From Bacteroidia bacterium (lineage in GTDB: Bacteria > Bacteroidota > Bacteroidia > UKL13-3), in contig JBIPMI010000001.1 of the NCBI GenBank assembly GCA_044369215.1, forward strand, positions 1 through 36,819: a DNA stretch of 36,819 bases. The letters run 5' to 3'. The notes under the pieces are model-generated. The model made no database searches, was not told where the DNA came from, and saw only the letters and a program-made list of their open reading frames with translations. Below, one piece after another: positions 9,569-17,840 of the stretch (position 1 is the first letter of the stretch; every line of letters begins with the position of its first letter). A program made the translations under genes and the position numbers.

Positions 9569-9904
9569 TTATTCTTCTTCCTCTTCTTCAGGGCGTTCAA
9601 TACCTTCCATTAAATCTCTGATTTCTCTGAGTTCTTCACGGTTGTATTTATTGTTATGGTCACCAAGCAAATCAACTAAGTATTCTAAATTTGCTTTACC
9701 ATCCTCTTCTTCAAGAAAAAGGAAAGTGTAATCACCATTATTTTCGATTTCTTCATAAGCTAAACGAATCATTTTCACCAAACCGGGTTCGTTTAAATTG
9801 CTTTTGAAATACTCGCGTAGTTCCTTTAATTGGCTAACTACTGTTTCCTGACTGTATGCTTCTTTGCTCAGTTCGTTTTTAATTTTCGCGATAATTTCCT
9901 TCAT
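9569..9904 (-). CDS. Small acidic hypothetical protein (poly-Glu C-terminus)
   Basis: The ORF track gives 9569..9928. I prefer the internal ATG at 9904 (MKEIIAKIKNEL...) over the odd MYCIYRIK extension. The protein is helical and acidic, ends in PEEEEEE, and I recognise no family. Confidence 0.6.
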   Translation of the reverse strand: MKEIIAKIKNELSKEAYSQETVVSQLKELREYFKSNLNEPGLVKMIRLAYEEIENNGDYTFLFLEEEDGKANLEYLVDLLGDHNNKYNREELREIRDLMEGIERPEEEEEE

Positions 9905-9971
9905 TTTGATTCTATATATGCAATACAAAATTATGACTTTTGCCTTCTAAACTGAATTAATCTTCAAAATT

Positions 9972-10332
9972 ATGTTAAAGGGTTTTACACATTGATGCTT
10001 TTAGTGATGTCCAACCTATTCACAAGTTTTGCCTGGTATGCATATTTGCTGTTCCAAAAGTGATGCTGGATTAAGTTGGAAGCCCTGCCAATATTGAATC
10101 TTCTTAGTTGGTTAATAGCACTCTTTGAATATGTTTTGCAAGTGCAAGCCAACCGATAGGGATATTTACAAAATGTTGCCCCTTTTAGTATGATGGAGCT
10201 TAAACCTATTCAGGAATACCTTTCTTCAGTGGTATTTTTATTGGTTAACATTCGTTTTTTTAGAGAAAAATTGATTTGGAATCACTCTGTTGTTTTTGCA
10301 TTTATGGCTAATGGGTTGTGATTTTTATTTAA
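9972..10332 (+). pseudogene. Decayed DMT-superfamily DUF486-type small membrane protein gene
   Basis: My own translation in one frame reads VKGFYTLMLLVMSNLFTSFAWYAYLLFQK*CWIKLEALPILNLLSWLIALFEYVLQVQANR*GYLQNVAPFSMMELKPIQEYLSSVVFLLVNIRFFREKLIWNHSVVFAFMANGL*. This follows the recalled DUF486 pattern (..SN.FMTFAWYGHLKF...SWGIA.FEY..QVPANR.G....QLK.IQE...L.VF......L.E.L.WN). Disruptions: in-frame TGA (10061), in-frame TAG (10157), the only nearby ATG (9972) is out of frame, and a terminal frameshift. Confidence 0.7.
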
Positions 10333-10408
10333 AAAGTGGCAATATTTTTTTAAATGTATGTAAAGCGTAAATTTTATTATATAAATTGCATAATAATTAT
10401 TTAAGCAG

Positions 10409-11971
10409 TTGAGTGCAGATTTTTTTACCTTTTCAGAAACCCCCTTCTTTAAGTCGGTTAGCAAGAGCTTGATTTTGGTAGAAGTGATGGTTTTTCTTTA
10501 CATGCTTTTCCAAACAGGAGCTGAGGGTAATTTATTTTATTTAGCCTTATTGCAGTCTTCACTTCATGTTTTTGTTTATTTTTTGTCCAGAGTTTCACGT
10601 AGGAATCTATATGTCTGGCTAATTCCGGCCATGTTTACTTTAATGATGTACAGTAATAGCTTCGGAGGCTTAAAGGTTACATTTGCCGGATATACAATTT
10701 CCTTGGTATTTTATTCATTTTTTCTCATCAGAAATAAATGGCAGTCGTTTTTTTATATGATTTGCTTTATTTTATTAAGTGGTTTTAGTGAATACAAAAA
10801 AGGAGTTGAATTAGAAGTAATTTTGATGTTGGTTATACCGGGGATTGGTTTTACAGCTTTGTTTTATTCAGCTTTGAGATTTTTACAAAAAGCACATATT
10901 GAGTTAACCTTAAAAAACAGAGAATTGGAACAATCTCAATTGAATCTAAAAACCTTAATAGAAAATACAAATGCTCTAATTTGGGCTATTGATACCAAAT
11001 ACAAATTTTTAAATGGGAATACTGCCTTTTCTATAACCTTTCAGCACAAAACAGGAGTTTTACTAAAACCTGGTGTGAATGTATTAGAACACATTAGTTC
11101 AGAAAAAGAATATGATTTTTGGAAATCGCTTTATGATAAAGTTTTAATCGGAGAACAAGTTATTTTTGAAGAACAATTAATTGATATAGGCGAAAGTTCA
11201 GTTTTTTGGGAATATACTTTAAATCCAATGAAGCTGCCAAATGGTAAAGTTTATGGGGCTACTATTTTGGCCAAAGATATTTCGAAAAAGAAAATATTTG
11301 AACGCCGAAGACAAGAAAATGAAGCACTTTTAAATGGCGTTTTAACTAATATGCCTATTGGCTTTCAGTTGTTTGATGAGGTTGGTAATATGATTCTTAT
11401 GAACGAATCTATGAAAGATATTCTTGGAATTAAAAAACCGGAATCCCCAACTGACTTGACTTTCCTAAATGTTTTTGATGATGCTTTTATTGTATTAAAT
11501 GGTTTAGATATTCTGTTTAAAGATGTTTATCAAAAAGGATTAAATAAAAATCTAGAAATAGAGCTCGATTTTAATGTTCCGGAGAATACCTGGAGTACAT
11601 CAAGAAGAAAGATATTCTTTGAATTAAATGTATTCCCTCTTTATGATGAAAATCACCTTATAATTGCAGCTGTTTGTTTAAGCAACGAAATTACCAAGCG
11701 TAAGGCTACCGAGAAATTAATGTTAGACCAGAACAAACGACTTGAGGAGTATGCATTTACTATTTCTCACATTTTACGCAGACCTATTGCCAATATCATT
11801 TCTTTAAGCAGCCTGATAAAAAGTGATGATATACTTAAACCGGAGGATGCACAACTTGTAGAATTTTTGAATGAATCCACCCATCAATTAGACCAGATTT
11901 TAAAGGAACTTAATCAGAATATAACAATTAAACCCGATTACTTCAATGACAATAAGAATCATTCAAGTTGA
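10409..11971 (+). CDS. Membrane-anchored PAS sensor with DHp/H-box but no HATPase domain
   Basis: 520-aa ORF. About 160 aa with 5-6 hydrophobic segments, a coiled coil (ELTLKNRELEQSQLNLKTLIENT), two PAS-like regions, then the H-box LEEYAFTISHILRRPIANIISLSSLI. The ORF ends about 65 aa later, with no N/G1/F/G2 ATP-binding boxes visible. The TTG start is from the track and an internal ATG (MVFLYM..) is possible. Confidence 0.8.
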   Translation: MSADFFTFSETPFFKSVSKSLILVEVMVFLYMLFQTGAEGNLFYLALLQSSLHVFVYFLSRVSRRNLYVWLIPAMFTLMMYSNSFGGLKVTFAGYTISLVFYSFFLIRNKWQSFFYMICFILLSGFSEYKKGVELEVILMLVIPGIGFTALFYSALRFLQKAHIELTLKNRELEQSQLNLKTLIENTNALIWAIDTKYKFLNGNTAFSITFQHKTGVLLKPGVNVLEHISSEKEYDFWKSLYDKVLIGEQVIFEEQLIDIGESSVFWEYTLNPMKLPNGKVYGATILAKDISKKKIFERRRQENEALLNGVLTNMPIGFQLFDEVGNMILMNESMKDILGIKKPESPTDLTFLNVFDDAFIVLNGLDILFKDVYQKGLNKNLEIELDFNVPENTWSTSRRKIFFELNVFPLYDENHLIIAAVCLSNEITKRKATEKLMLDQNKRLEEYAFTISHILRRPIANIISLSSLIKSDDILKPEDAQLVEFLNESTHQLDQILKELNQNITIKPDYFNDNKNHSS

Positions 11972-12332
11972 TGATGATTACATCAACAACATTGCCAACG
12001 AGAGACTGATTAAAAAATTAGGTATTAGTTTTGAATCAGTAAATTTTTTAGACCCTTCTGAAGCTTTGGAATTTTTGAGTAAGGGAGATCAACAGTTCGA
12101 CTTAATGCTGTTAGACATCAATATGCCAAGATTAAATGGCTGGGAGTTTTTAGAAAAGTATAAAAGTATTGCAAAAAAATTCCCAATATTTATGTTAACA
12201 TCATCACTTGATCCATCAGACCAGAGAAAGGCTTTGGAGCACTCTTTGCTAAAAGGATTTTTTGTAAAACCTCTTACAAAAGAAATTATATTAGAGATTT
12301 TTGATATTGCAAAACTTACTGTTTTGGCATAA
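11946..12332 (+). CDS. Stand-alone response-regulator receiver domain
   Basis: 128-aa ORF overlapping the sensor by 26 nt. It has the acidic pair VDDD, phospho-acceptor context DLMLLDINMP, MLTSS and FVKPL (conserved Lys). There is no output domain. Confidence 0.9.
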   Translation: MTIRIIQVDDDYINNIANERLIKKLGISFESVNFLDPSEALEFLSKGDQQFDLMLLDINMPRLNGWEFLEKYKSIAKKFPIFMLTSSLDPSDQRKALEHSLLKGFFVKPLTKEIILEIFDIAKLTVLA

Positions 12333-12368
12333 AAAAAGCCTCGCATTTTTAAAATGCGAGGCTTTTTT
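12333..12368. terminator. Bidirectional rho-independent terminator
   Basis: Near-perfect palindrome aaaaaagcctcgcatttt / aaaatgcgaggctttttt. It starts directly after the receiver gene stop and ends 10 nt before the convergent gcvH stop. A-run and T-run flank a GC core. Confidence 0.85.
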
Positions 12369-12378
12369 ATCTTTAGTA

Positions 12379-12759
12379 CTAAGCGTTTATTAAAGTTTTA
12401 TATGCGTCTGCTTTCATTAGACCGTCTAACTCAGAAGCATTCGCAATGCTACATTTAATCATCCAGCCTTCACCATAAGGTTCAGAGTTAACTAATTCAG
12501 GAGCACCATCAACAGCACCATTAACTTCTAATACTTCTCCTGTAATTGGCATAAATAAGTCACTCACTGTTTTTACAGCCTCAACTGTTCCAAAAACATC
12601 ATTCTGGGCAACAGATTGTCCTTTAGTTGAAATATCAACATAAACAATATCACCTAATTCTTTTTGAGCGAAATCGGTAATTCCGATGTAGGCAACATCA
12701 CCTTCTACACGAACCCACTCGTGATCTTTGGTGTAAAACAGATTTTCTGGAAAATTCAT
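12379..12759 (-). CDS. gcvH: Glycine cleavage system H protein
   Basis: 126-aa ORF with [24 protein letters not shown] and lipoyl-lysine context [10 protein letters not shown]. Confidence 0.95.
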   Translation of the reverse strand: MNFPENLFYTKDHEWVRVEGDVAYIGITDFAQKELGDIVYVDISTKGQSVAQNDVFGTVEAVKTVSDLFMPITGEVLEVNGAVDGAPELVNSEPYGEGWMIKCSIANASELDGLMKADAYKTLINA

Positions 12760-12822
12760 TTCTAAGGTTTTAAATTTTATCGGTGCTAAATTAACTTTTA
12801 AGAAGAAATAAAAAAATGAACT

Positions 12823-13545
12823 TTACATGAAGTTTTCGGCTTTCTTCAATTTTACTGAATTATTAAGCTTTTTTTCATTCCACCATTCCATAATTGATAT
12901 AGGAATTAACAAGCAACTTAAGGCGTAAATACTATCTTCAATAGGGATTGTTACTAATCGTAAGCCTATAATTTCTGATGCATTGTAAAATACTACCGGT
13001 TCAGGAGTTATGGCACCTGTAAGTACTCCATTTATAATGAAAAATGGAATTAGATGCACAAAATAGGCAAACCAAAACCACATCATCCAATCTCGTTTTA
13101 GGTAAAAATGATGTAAGGCTAATACAAATAATGCTATGCTTGAATTTACCAATGTATAGGTTTTCTCATGGTAAAGAAATATCCAAACAGCACAAATTAG
13201 CATAAAAATAATGTTTATTACATTACTTAGTTTTTTTATTAATCCGGTTTTAAAATAAGCTCTTAAACAAGCATAGATAAAAACACTTGCATAGGGTACA
13301 ACAAAGAAGAATGACCATTCTTCAATAGGCAATTCCAATAAACGTAAACTGAAGGTATAGATAGTGCTAAAGCTCCATACTCCGCTAATGGTAAACCAGT
13401 AATCCCATCCAATAAATAATATCGCATTGATTAAAATACCTAGAAATAATCCTGGCCAAAATTTGTAAAAAGCTACTTTTTTGTCAAAGGATAGAGCAAA
13501 TGGTCCAATAAATGAAAGCAGCATTAACCAAGCGTATAACGACAT
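12823..13545 (-). CDS. Lycopene cyclase domain protein (fused CrtYc/d type)
   Basis: Polytopic ORF with two copies of the conserved P-x-E-E/D motif (LPIEEWSFF and IPIEDSIYA). I place the start at ATG 13545 (MSLYAWLML..), 1 nt after the crtZ stop, rather than the track's 13590, which would overlap crtZ. Confidence 0.8.
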   Translation of the reverse strand: MSLYAWLMLLSFIGPFALSFDKKVAFYKFWPGLFLGILINAILFIGWDYWFTISGVWSFSTIYTFSLRLLELPIEEWSFFFVVPYASVFIYACLRAYFKTGLIKKLSNVINIIFMLICAVWIFLYHEKTYTLVNSSIALFVLALHHFYLKRDWMMWFWFAYFVHLIPFFIINGVLTGAITPEPVVFYNASEIIGLRLVTIPIEDSIYALSCLLIPISIMEWWNEKKLNNSVKLKKAENFM

Positions 13546-13546
13546 A

Positions 13547-13999
13547 CTATTTGCTTTGGTTAGGGTTTTCCCAGTACTTAAATGGCACAATTAACATTCC
13601 GAAATTCTCACCTTCTTCTTTTCCTAAATGTTTGTGGTGAATTTTATGCGCCCTTCTGATTGCTTTCACATAACGATTATTCATATGTGTAAATAATTTA
13701 AATCTTTGGTGAATAATGATTTCATGCACAATAAAATAAGCTAATCCATAAGCAGAAATTCCTATTCCAATATATAATCTGAAATCAGCGAACATTAATC
13801 CTGTAACATAACAATACGCGCTGGGTACTGCGAAAATTAGAAAGAATGCATCATTTTTTTCGAAGAATCCCGGTTCTACCTGGTGATGGTCTTTGTGCAA
13901 ATACCACAATAAACCATGCATCACATACTTATGTGTGAACCAAGCCATGAATTCCATGAAAATAAATGTAAAAACTACGATACCAATATTTAATGCCAT
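13547..13999 (-). CDS. crtZ: Beta-carotene 3-hydroxylase
   Basis: 150-aa ORF with the di-iron His boxes HKYVMH, HKDHH, HEIIIH and HKIHH, and the length typical of CrtZ. Confidence 0.9.
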   Translation of the reverse strand: MALNIGIVVFTFIFMEFMAWFTHKYVMHGLLWYLHKDHHQVEPGFFEKNDAFFLIFAVPSAYCYVTGLMFADFRLYIGIGISAYGLAYFIVHEIIIHQRFKLFTHMNNRYVKAIRRAHKIHHKHLGKEEGENFGMLIVPFKYWENPNQSK

Positions 14000-14029
14000 A
14001 CCCTATTAACCTCTTTGATTTAAAAATGT

Positions 14030-14686
14030 TTATTTCATAAATAAATTCAACAAAACAAAAAAGACTAACTGCACAAAATAGAGCCTGATTGCAAACACGT
14101 TTTTTTTCTGTAATTTGTTTTGAATCAACCAAAAACAGAAAATATATCCAAAAAAGAACCATGCAGTAAAGTTTTGTAATGGGATTTGGTTGTTTTGCCA
14201 ATACCAGAAATCCAACTTACTGCACAAAAGTTCAATTGGAATATCTGTAATTACCATTAAAAGTGCGGCAATTGCGGCTCCTGTGTATTGGTTCAACTTT
14301 AATTTTAATTTTTCTGCAAAATAATTGGCGCTGACAACTGATGTATAACTAACAATTATCCAATTAACCCCAATAAGGATTGGTGTTTCCATTAATTTTG
14401 GACCTAATGCTTCACCATATTTATAATTCCCGAATAATACGCCGCTATTTACTCCAACATTTTCTAGTATATAAGATGCCACAAAAATGAAGGCCAAACT
14501 TAGGTAGGTAAAATTGTTCTTGTCGGGGATTGATAATATTAACAGAACAAGTGCCAGTAATAGATTTAAAGGACTTAAAGCTGAAAATTCAGGATTCAGA
14601 ATCATTCCAACCAAGCCAATTGAATAAAATAAAATGGCAATGCTGCTATATAAAAGTGTTTTGTTTTCTATGAATTTCTTCATCAT
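14030..14686 (-). CDS. Carotenoid biosynthesis membrane protein (PF04240/DUF422-like)
   Basis: Polytopic ORF. ETPILIGVNWIIVSY and DIPIELLCSKLDFWYWQNNQIPLQNFTAWFFFG resemble the recalled family pattern, and the gene sits directly upstream of crtZ. I prefer the start at ATG 14686 (MMKKFIENK) over the track's 14710. Confidence 0.7.
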   Translation of the reverse strand: MMKKFIENKTLLYSSIAILFYSIGLVGMILNPEFSALSPLNLLLALVLLILSIPDKNNFTYLSLAFIFVASYILENVGVNSGVLFGNYKYGEALGPKLMETPILIGVNWIIVSYTSVVSANYFAEKLKLKLNQYTGAAIAALLMVITDIPIELLCSKLDFWYWQNNQIPLQNFTAWFFFGYIFCFWLIQNKLQKKNVFAIRLYFVQLVFFVLLNLFMK

Positions 14687-14803
14687 ACAAATTAATACAA
14701 GGTTTTGCATTATTAGTTTGAATTCTAAAATAAAAAAAGCAACTTCTTGAATGAAGCTGCCTTTATTTGAATTTTAGAATTATTTTTATCAGTAAAACCT
14801 TGG

Positions 14804-15631
14804 TTATTTGATTTTAGATCTCACCAGGTTTTTAGTGTTTTTATAATTGGTTAATGAAAGTGCAACTGAACCAATGAAAATTTCAGATTCAACTTTAATT
14901 ACCATATGGTTTTCATCATCAGAAACCCAAATGGTTAAAGCATCATCAGATTTAAAAAGTTCACCGGTTTTTACCTGAGGTCTGATTTTAATTGCATTGA
15001 ATTTACCTGCATCAACTTTAACAACTTCTTTTCCTAAGTATTTGATATTGTAATTGTAAACTTTCCCATCCATGTAAAACTCAGTAGGGTAGGTATCACC
15101 AATTTTAGCTTCTCTTACATCCCATAATCTCGACCAATAATAAACAGAAACCAAATCCTGAACTTTGTATGGAGTTTCAACAATACTTCCTTTTTTTGAA
15201 TTGATTTTTCTGTTTACATGATCAAACATAGCAAAGTCAGAGTCTTTGTATTTTCCTTCTTCAATTTTTTTAGTGTATTTCAAAGGAATTAATGCTTCTT
15301 CATCAATAAAACTTTCGTAATCATTTCTAACCTTATTGTACAAAGCATCAATTGTTCTTGATGAACGTGCAGAACATTTAACATTCATGGTTCTTCTACC
15401 ATTGATTATAACTGCATCAGGCATAATTTCCAAAGTAGCATAACCAGCGTTAAATGGTCCATAGTGCATTCTGTACTCCAATTTTTCTCCATAAGAAAAA
15501 GCATTGTTTTCTACTTTTGAAAATGAGTTGGTATCGTCACCCCTTCTTTTTGGTAATTCGGCTAAACCTGCATATTGTGGCAGGCTGAAGAGGATAAATG
15601 CCGATAAGAAAAAGGTTTTAGTGTTCATCAT
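14804..15631 (-). CDS. DUF3108 domain protein (secreted)
   Basis: 275-aa ORF with signal peptide MMNTKTFFLSAFILFSLPQYAG and GEKLEYRMHYGPFNAGYATLEI, matching the recalled DUF3108 N-terminal signature. Confidence 0.75.
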   Translation of the reverse strand: MMNTKTFFLSAFILFSLPQYAGLAELPKRRGDDTNSFSKVENNAFSYGEKLEYRMHYGPFNAGYATLEIMPDAVIINGRRTMNVKCSARSSRTIDALYNKVRNDYESFIDEEALIPLKYTKKIEEGKYKDSDFAMFDHVNRKINSKKGSIVETPYKVQDLVSVYYWSRLWDVREAKIGDTYPTEFYMDGKVYNYNIKYLGKEVVKVDAGKFNAIKIRPQVKTGELFKSDDALTIWVSDDENHMVIKVESEIFIGSVALSLTNYKNTKNLVRSKIK

Positions 15632-15733
15632 AATGATATGATTGTTTCAAACTTTGTACCAAATGAAATTTTATTATTGATAATAAAATAGCCTAATTAT
15701 TAAGTCCTTGACTAGCAAGTGGTAATAATTTTT

Positions 15734-15769
15734 AAAAAACAAAGCCCTTCAAATGTTTGAAGGGCTTTG
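15734..15769 (-). terminator. Rho-independent terminator of the aldehyde dehydrogenase gene
   Basis: 14-bp stem caaagcccttcaaa / tttgaagggctttg. On the minus strand it is followed by TTTTTT, and it lies 18 nt after the stop at 15787. Confidence 0.85.
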
Positions 15770-15786
15770 TCAATAATAGCTATTGA

Positions 15787-17334
15787 TTATAAATCAAACT
15801 TAATTCCTTGTGCCAAAGGAAGTTCTTTTCCGTAGTTAAGTGTATTAGTTTGTCTTCTCATATATGCTTTCCAAGAATCACTTCCACTTTCTCTTCCACC
15901 ACCTGTTTCTTTTTCTCCACCGAATGCACCACCGATTTCAGCACCACTGGTTCCAATATTAACGTTGGCAATTCCACAATCACTTCCCCAAGCACTTAAA
16001 AATTGCTCAGATTCTTGCATATTGTTTGTGAAAATACTTGAACTTAAACCTTGTTTTACTCCATTTTGTAAAGCAATTGCTTCATCAATGGTTTTAAATT
16101 TCATGATATAAAGGATAGGAGCAAATGTTTCTGCCTGAACAATTTTAAATGAATTGTTTGCTTCACAAATTGTTGGTTTCACATAACAACCCGATTCATA
16201 ACCTTCACCACTTAAAACCTCAGCACCACATAGAACATTGCCACCTTCAGCTTTCACTTGTTCAATAGCGTTTAAATATGCATTAACAGCAGCTTTATCA
16301 ATAAGTGGTCCAACTAAATTTCCGGTTAATGGATTGCCAATCGTAAGTTGAGCATAAGCTTTCACTAATTTTTCTTTCACTTGCTCGTATAAGCTTTCAT
16401 GAATAATTAGTCTTCTTGTTGTTGTGCAGCGTTGACCTGCTGTTCCAACAGCGCCAAATACCACACCAATCATAGCCAAATCGAGGTTAGCATTTTCACT
16501 CAGAATAATGGCATTGTTTCCACCTAATTCTAATAATGCTTTTCCAAATCTTTGGGCTAAGGCAGTGCCAACCGCTCTTCCCATGCGAGTAGAACCTGTT
16601 GCTGAAACCAATGGAACTTTTTCATCATGACTCATCCATTCTCCAACCTTATAATCACCATTGATTAAACTAAAAATGCCTTCTGGTAAATTATTTTCTT
16701 TTAAAATTCTTGCCATTAAATTCTGACAAGCAACTCCAGATAATGGTGTTTTTTCTGATGGCTTCCAAATACAAACATCACCACAAACAGCTGCTATCAT
16801 GCTATTCCAGCTCCAGACTGCAACCGGGAAATTAAATGCTGATATAATTCCAACAATTCCCAATGGGTGATATTGTTCGTACATTCTGTGATTTGGCCTT
16901 TCAGAGTGCATGGTTAATCCATTTAATTGACGACTCATTCCAACTGCTAAATCACAGATATCAATCATTTCCTGAACTTCACCTAAACCCTCTTGTAGGC
17001 TTTTTCCCATTTCATAACTTACAAGCTTACCTAGTGGTTCTTTATATTCTCTAAGCAAATTGCCATACTGACGAACAATTTCTCCTCTTTTTGGTGAAGG
17101 CATTTTTCTCCATATTAGAAAAGCTTCTTCTGCTTTTGCAATTACTGTTTTGTATTCCTCTTCAGTTGTAAAAGAAACAGTACCAATTAGTTTTCCGTCA
17201 ACCGGACTATATATTTCTCTTTTTTCTGCATTTGCAGAAGAGAAATGGTTTTGGCCTGTAGATGTGCCATGATTATGGGCTTCAATTCCCAATGTTTTTA
17301 AAAAATCTGTAGAGAAACTTTGTGCTGTATTCAT
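15787..17334 (-). CDS. Aldehyde dehydrogenase, ALDH7 (aminoadipate-semialdehyde/piperideine-6-carboxylate dehydrogenase) type
   Basis: 515-aa ORF with catalytic Glu context [10 protein letters not shown], catalytic Cys context [12 protein letters not shown], and a C-terminal tail ..GIKFDL resembling ALDH7-family members. Confidence 0.9.
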   Translation of the reverse strand: MNTAQSFSTDFLKTLGIEAHNHGTSTGQNHFSSANAEKREIYSPVDGKLIGTVSFTTEEEYKTVIAKAEEAFLIWRKMPSPKRGEIVRQYGNLLREYKEPLGKLVSYEMGKSLQEGLGEVQEMIDICDLAVGMSRQLNGLTMHSERPNHRMYEQYHPLGIVGIISAFNFPVAVWSWNSMIAAVCGDVCIWKPSEKTPLSGVACQNLMARILKENNLPEGIFSLINGDYKVGEWMSHDEKVPLVSATGSTRMGRAVGTALAQRFGKALLELGGNNAIILSENANLDLAMIGVVFGAVGTAGQRCTTTRRLIIHESLYEQVKEKLVKAYAQLTIGNPLTGNLVGPLIDKAAVNAYLNAIEQVKAEGGNVLCGAEVLSGEGYESGCYVKPTICEANNSFKIVQAETFAPILYIMKFKTIDEAIALQNGVKQGLSSSIFTNNMQESEQFLSAWGSDCGIANVNIGTSGAEIGGAFGGEKETGGGRESGSDSWKAYMRRQTNTLNYGKELPLAQGIKFDL

Positions 17335-17368
17335 AAAAAATGGTTTAGGGATAACCCTATTTAAATAT

Positions 17369-17746
17369 TTATTTTAAAATTGCTTTGGCTACTTTAGGGT
17401 CGATAATTACTGTATCGTGCTCAAAATCGAGTTTTATTCTCCACTTTTGAAATGTGTTTACACCAAGAATTACATCCTCCGATAAACCCGGAATCACCAT
17501 AAATTCATCTGATAGTCGGATATCATTATAATAAAAATCTAACCTTGTACTGTGCGTAATTTTTAAATAATGACCTGCCGCCGCTGTTCCAATTTCTAAG
17601 GGTTTCCTTAGTTTAATAAGCTGTTCAAGGTTTTGAATAGCATCTTCACTAATACATGAAAAAGTGGCTCCAGAATCAAAAAGACAATACAAGGTCTTTT
17701 CACCTTGTGAGCCCTCAAAATGCAATGGAAGTCTAATTATTGACAT
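17369..17746 (-). CDS. Retropepsin-like (single-lobe) aspartic protease
   Basis: 125-aa ORF with the catalytic [11 protein letters not shown] (D-S-G-A) and the downstream DVILGVNTF motif, the spacing expected of dimeric retropepsin-like folds. I see no signal peptide. Confidence 0.7.
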   Translation of the reverse strand: MSIIRLPLHFEGSQGEKTLYCLFDSGATFSCISEDAIQNLEQLIKLRKPLEIGTAAAGHYLKITHSTRLDFYYNDIRLSDEFMVIPGLSEDVILGVNTFQKWRIKLDFEHDTVIIDPKVAKAILK

Positions 17747-17840
17747 TGATAATTTGATTTGAATTTCAGTTCAATTGTAATTTAAATCGGAACTACAATT
17801 TTAATTGGATTACAAAATTACAAAATTCATACTGATTACC

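Noticed and set aside
10282-10464. 60-aa minus-strand ORF 10282..10464
   Set aside because: It spans the tail of the DUF486 pseudogene and the start of the sensor gene. It has no motifs and is a likely artefact.
12089-14201. ORFs 12089..12346 (-) and 13929..14201 (-), plus the long N-terminal extensions of the track ORFs 12823..13590 and 14030..14710
   Set aside because: The first is antisense to the receiver gene. The second overlaps both crtZ and the PF04240-like gene out of frame. The extensions would overlap upstream genes or add non-hydrophobic junk before clear native N-termini (MSLYAWLML.., MMKKFIENK..).
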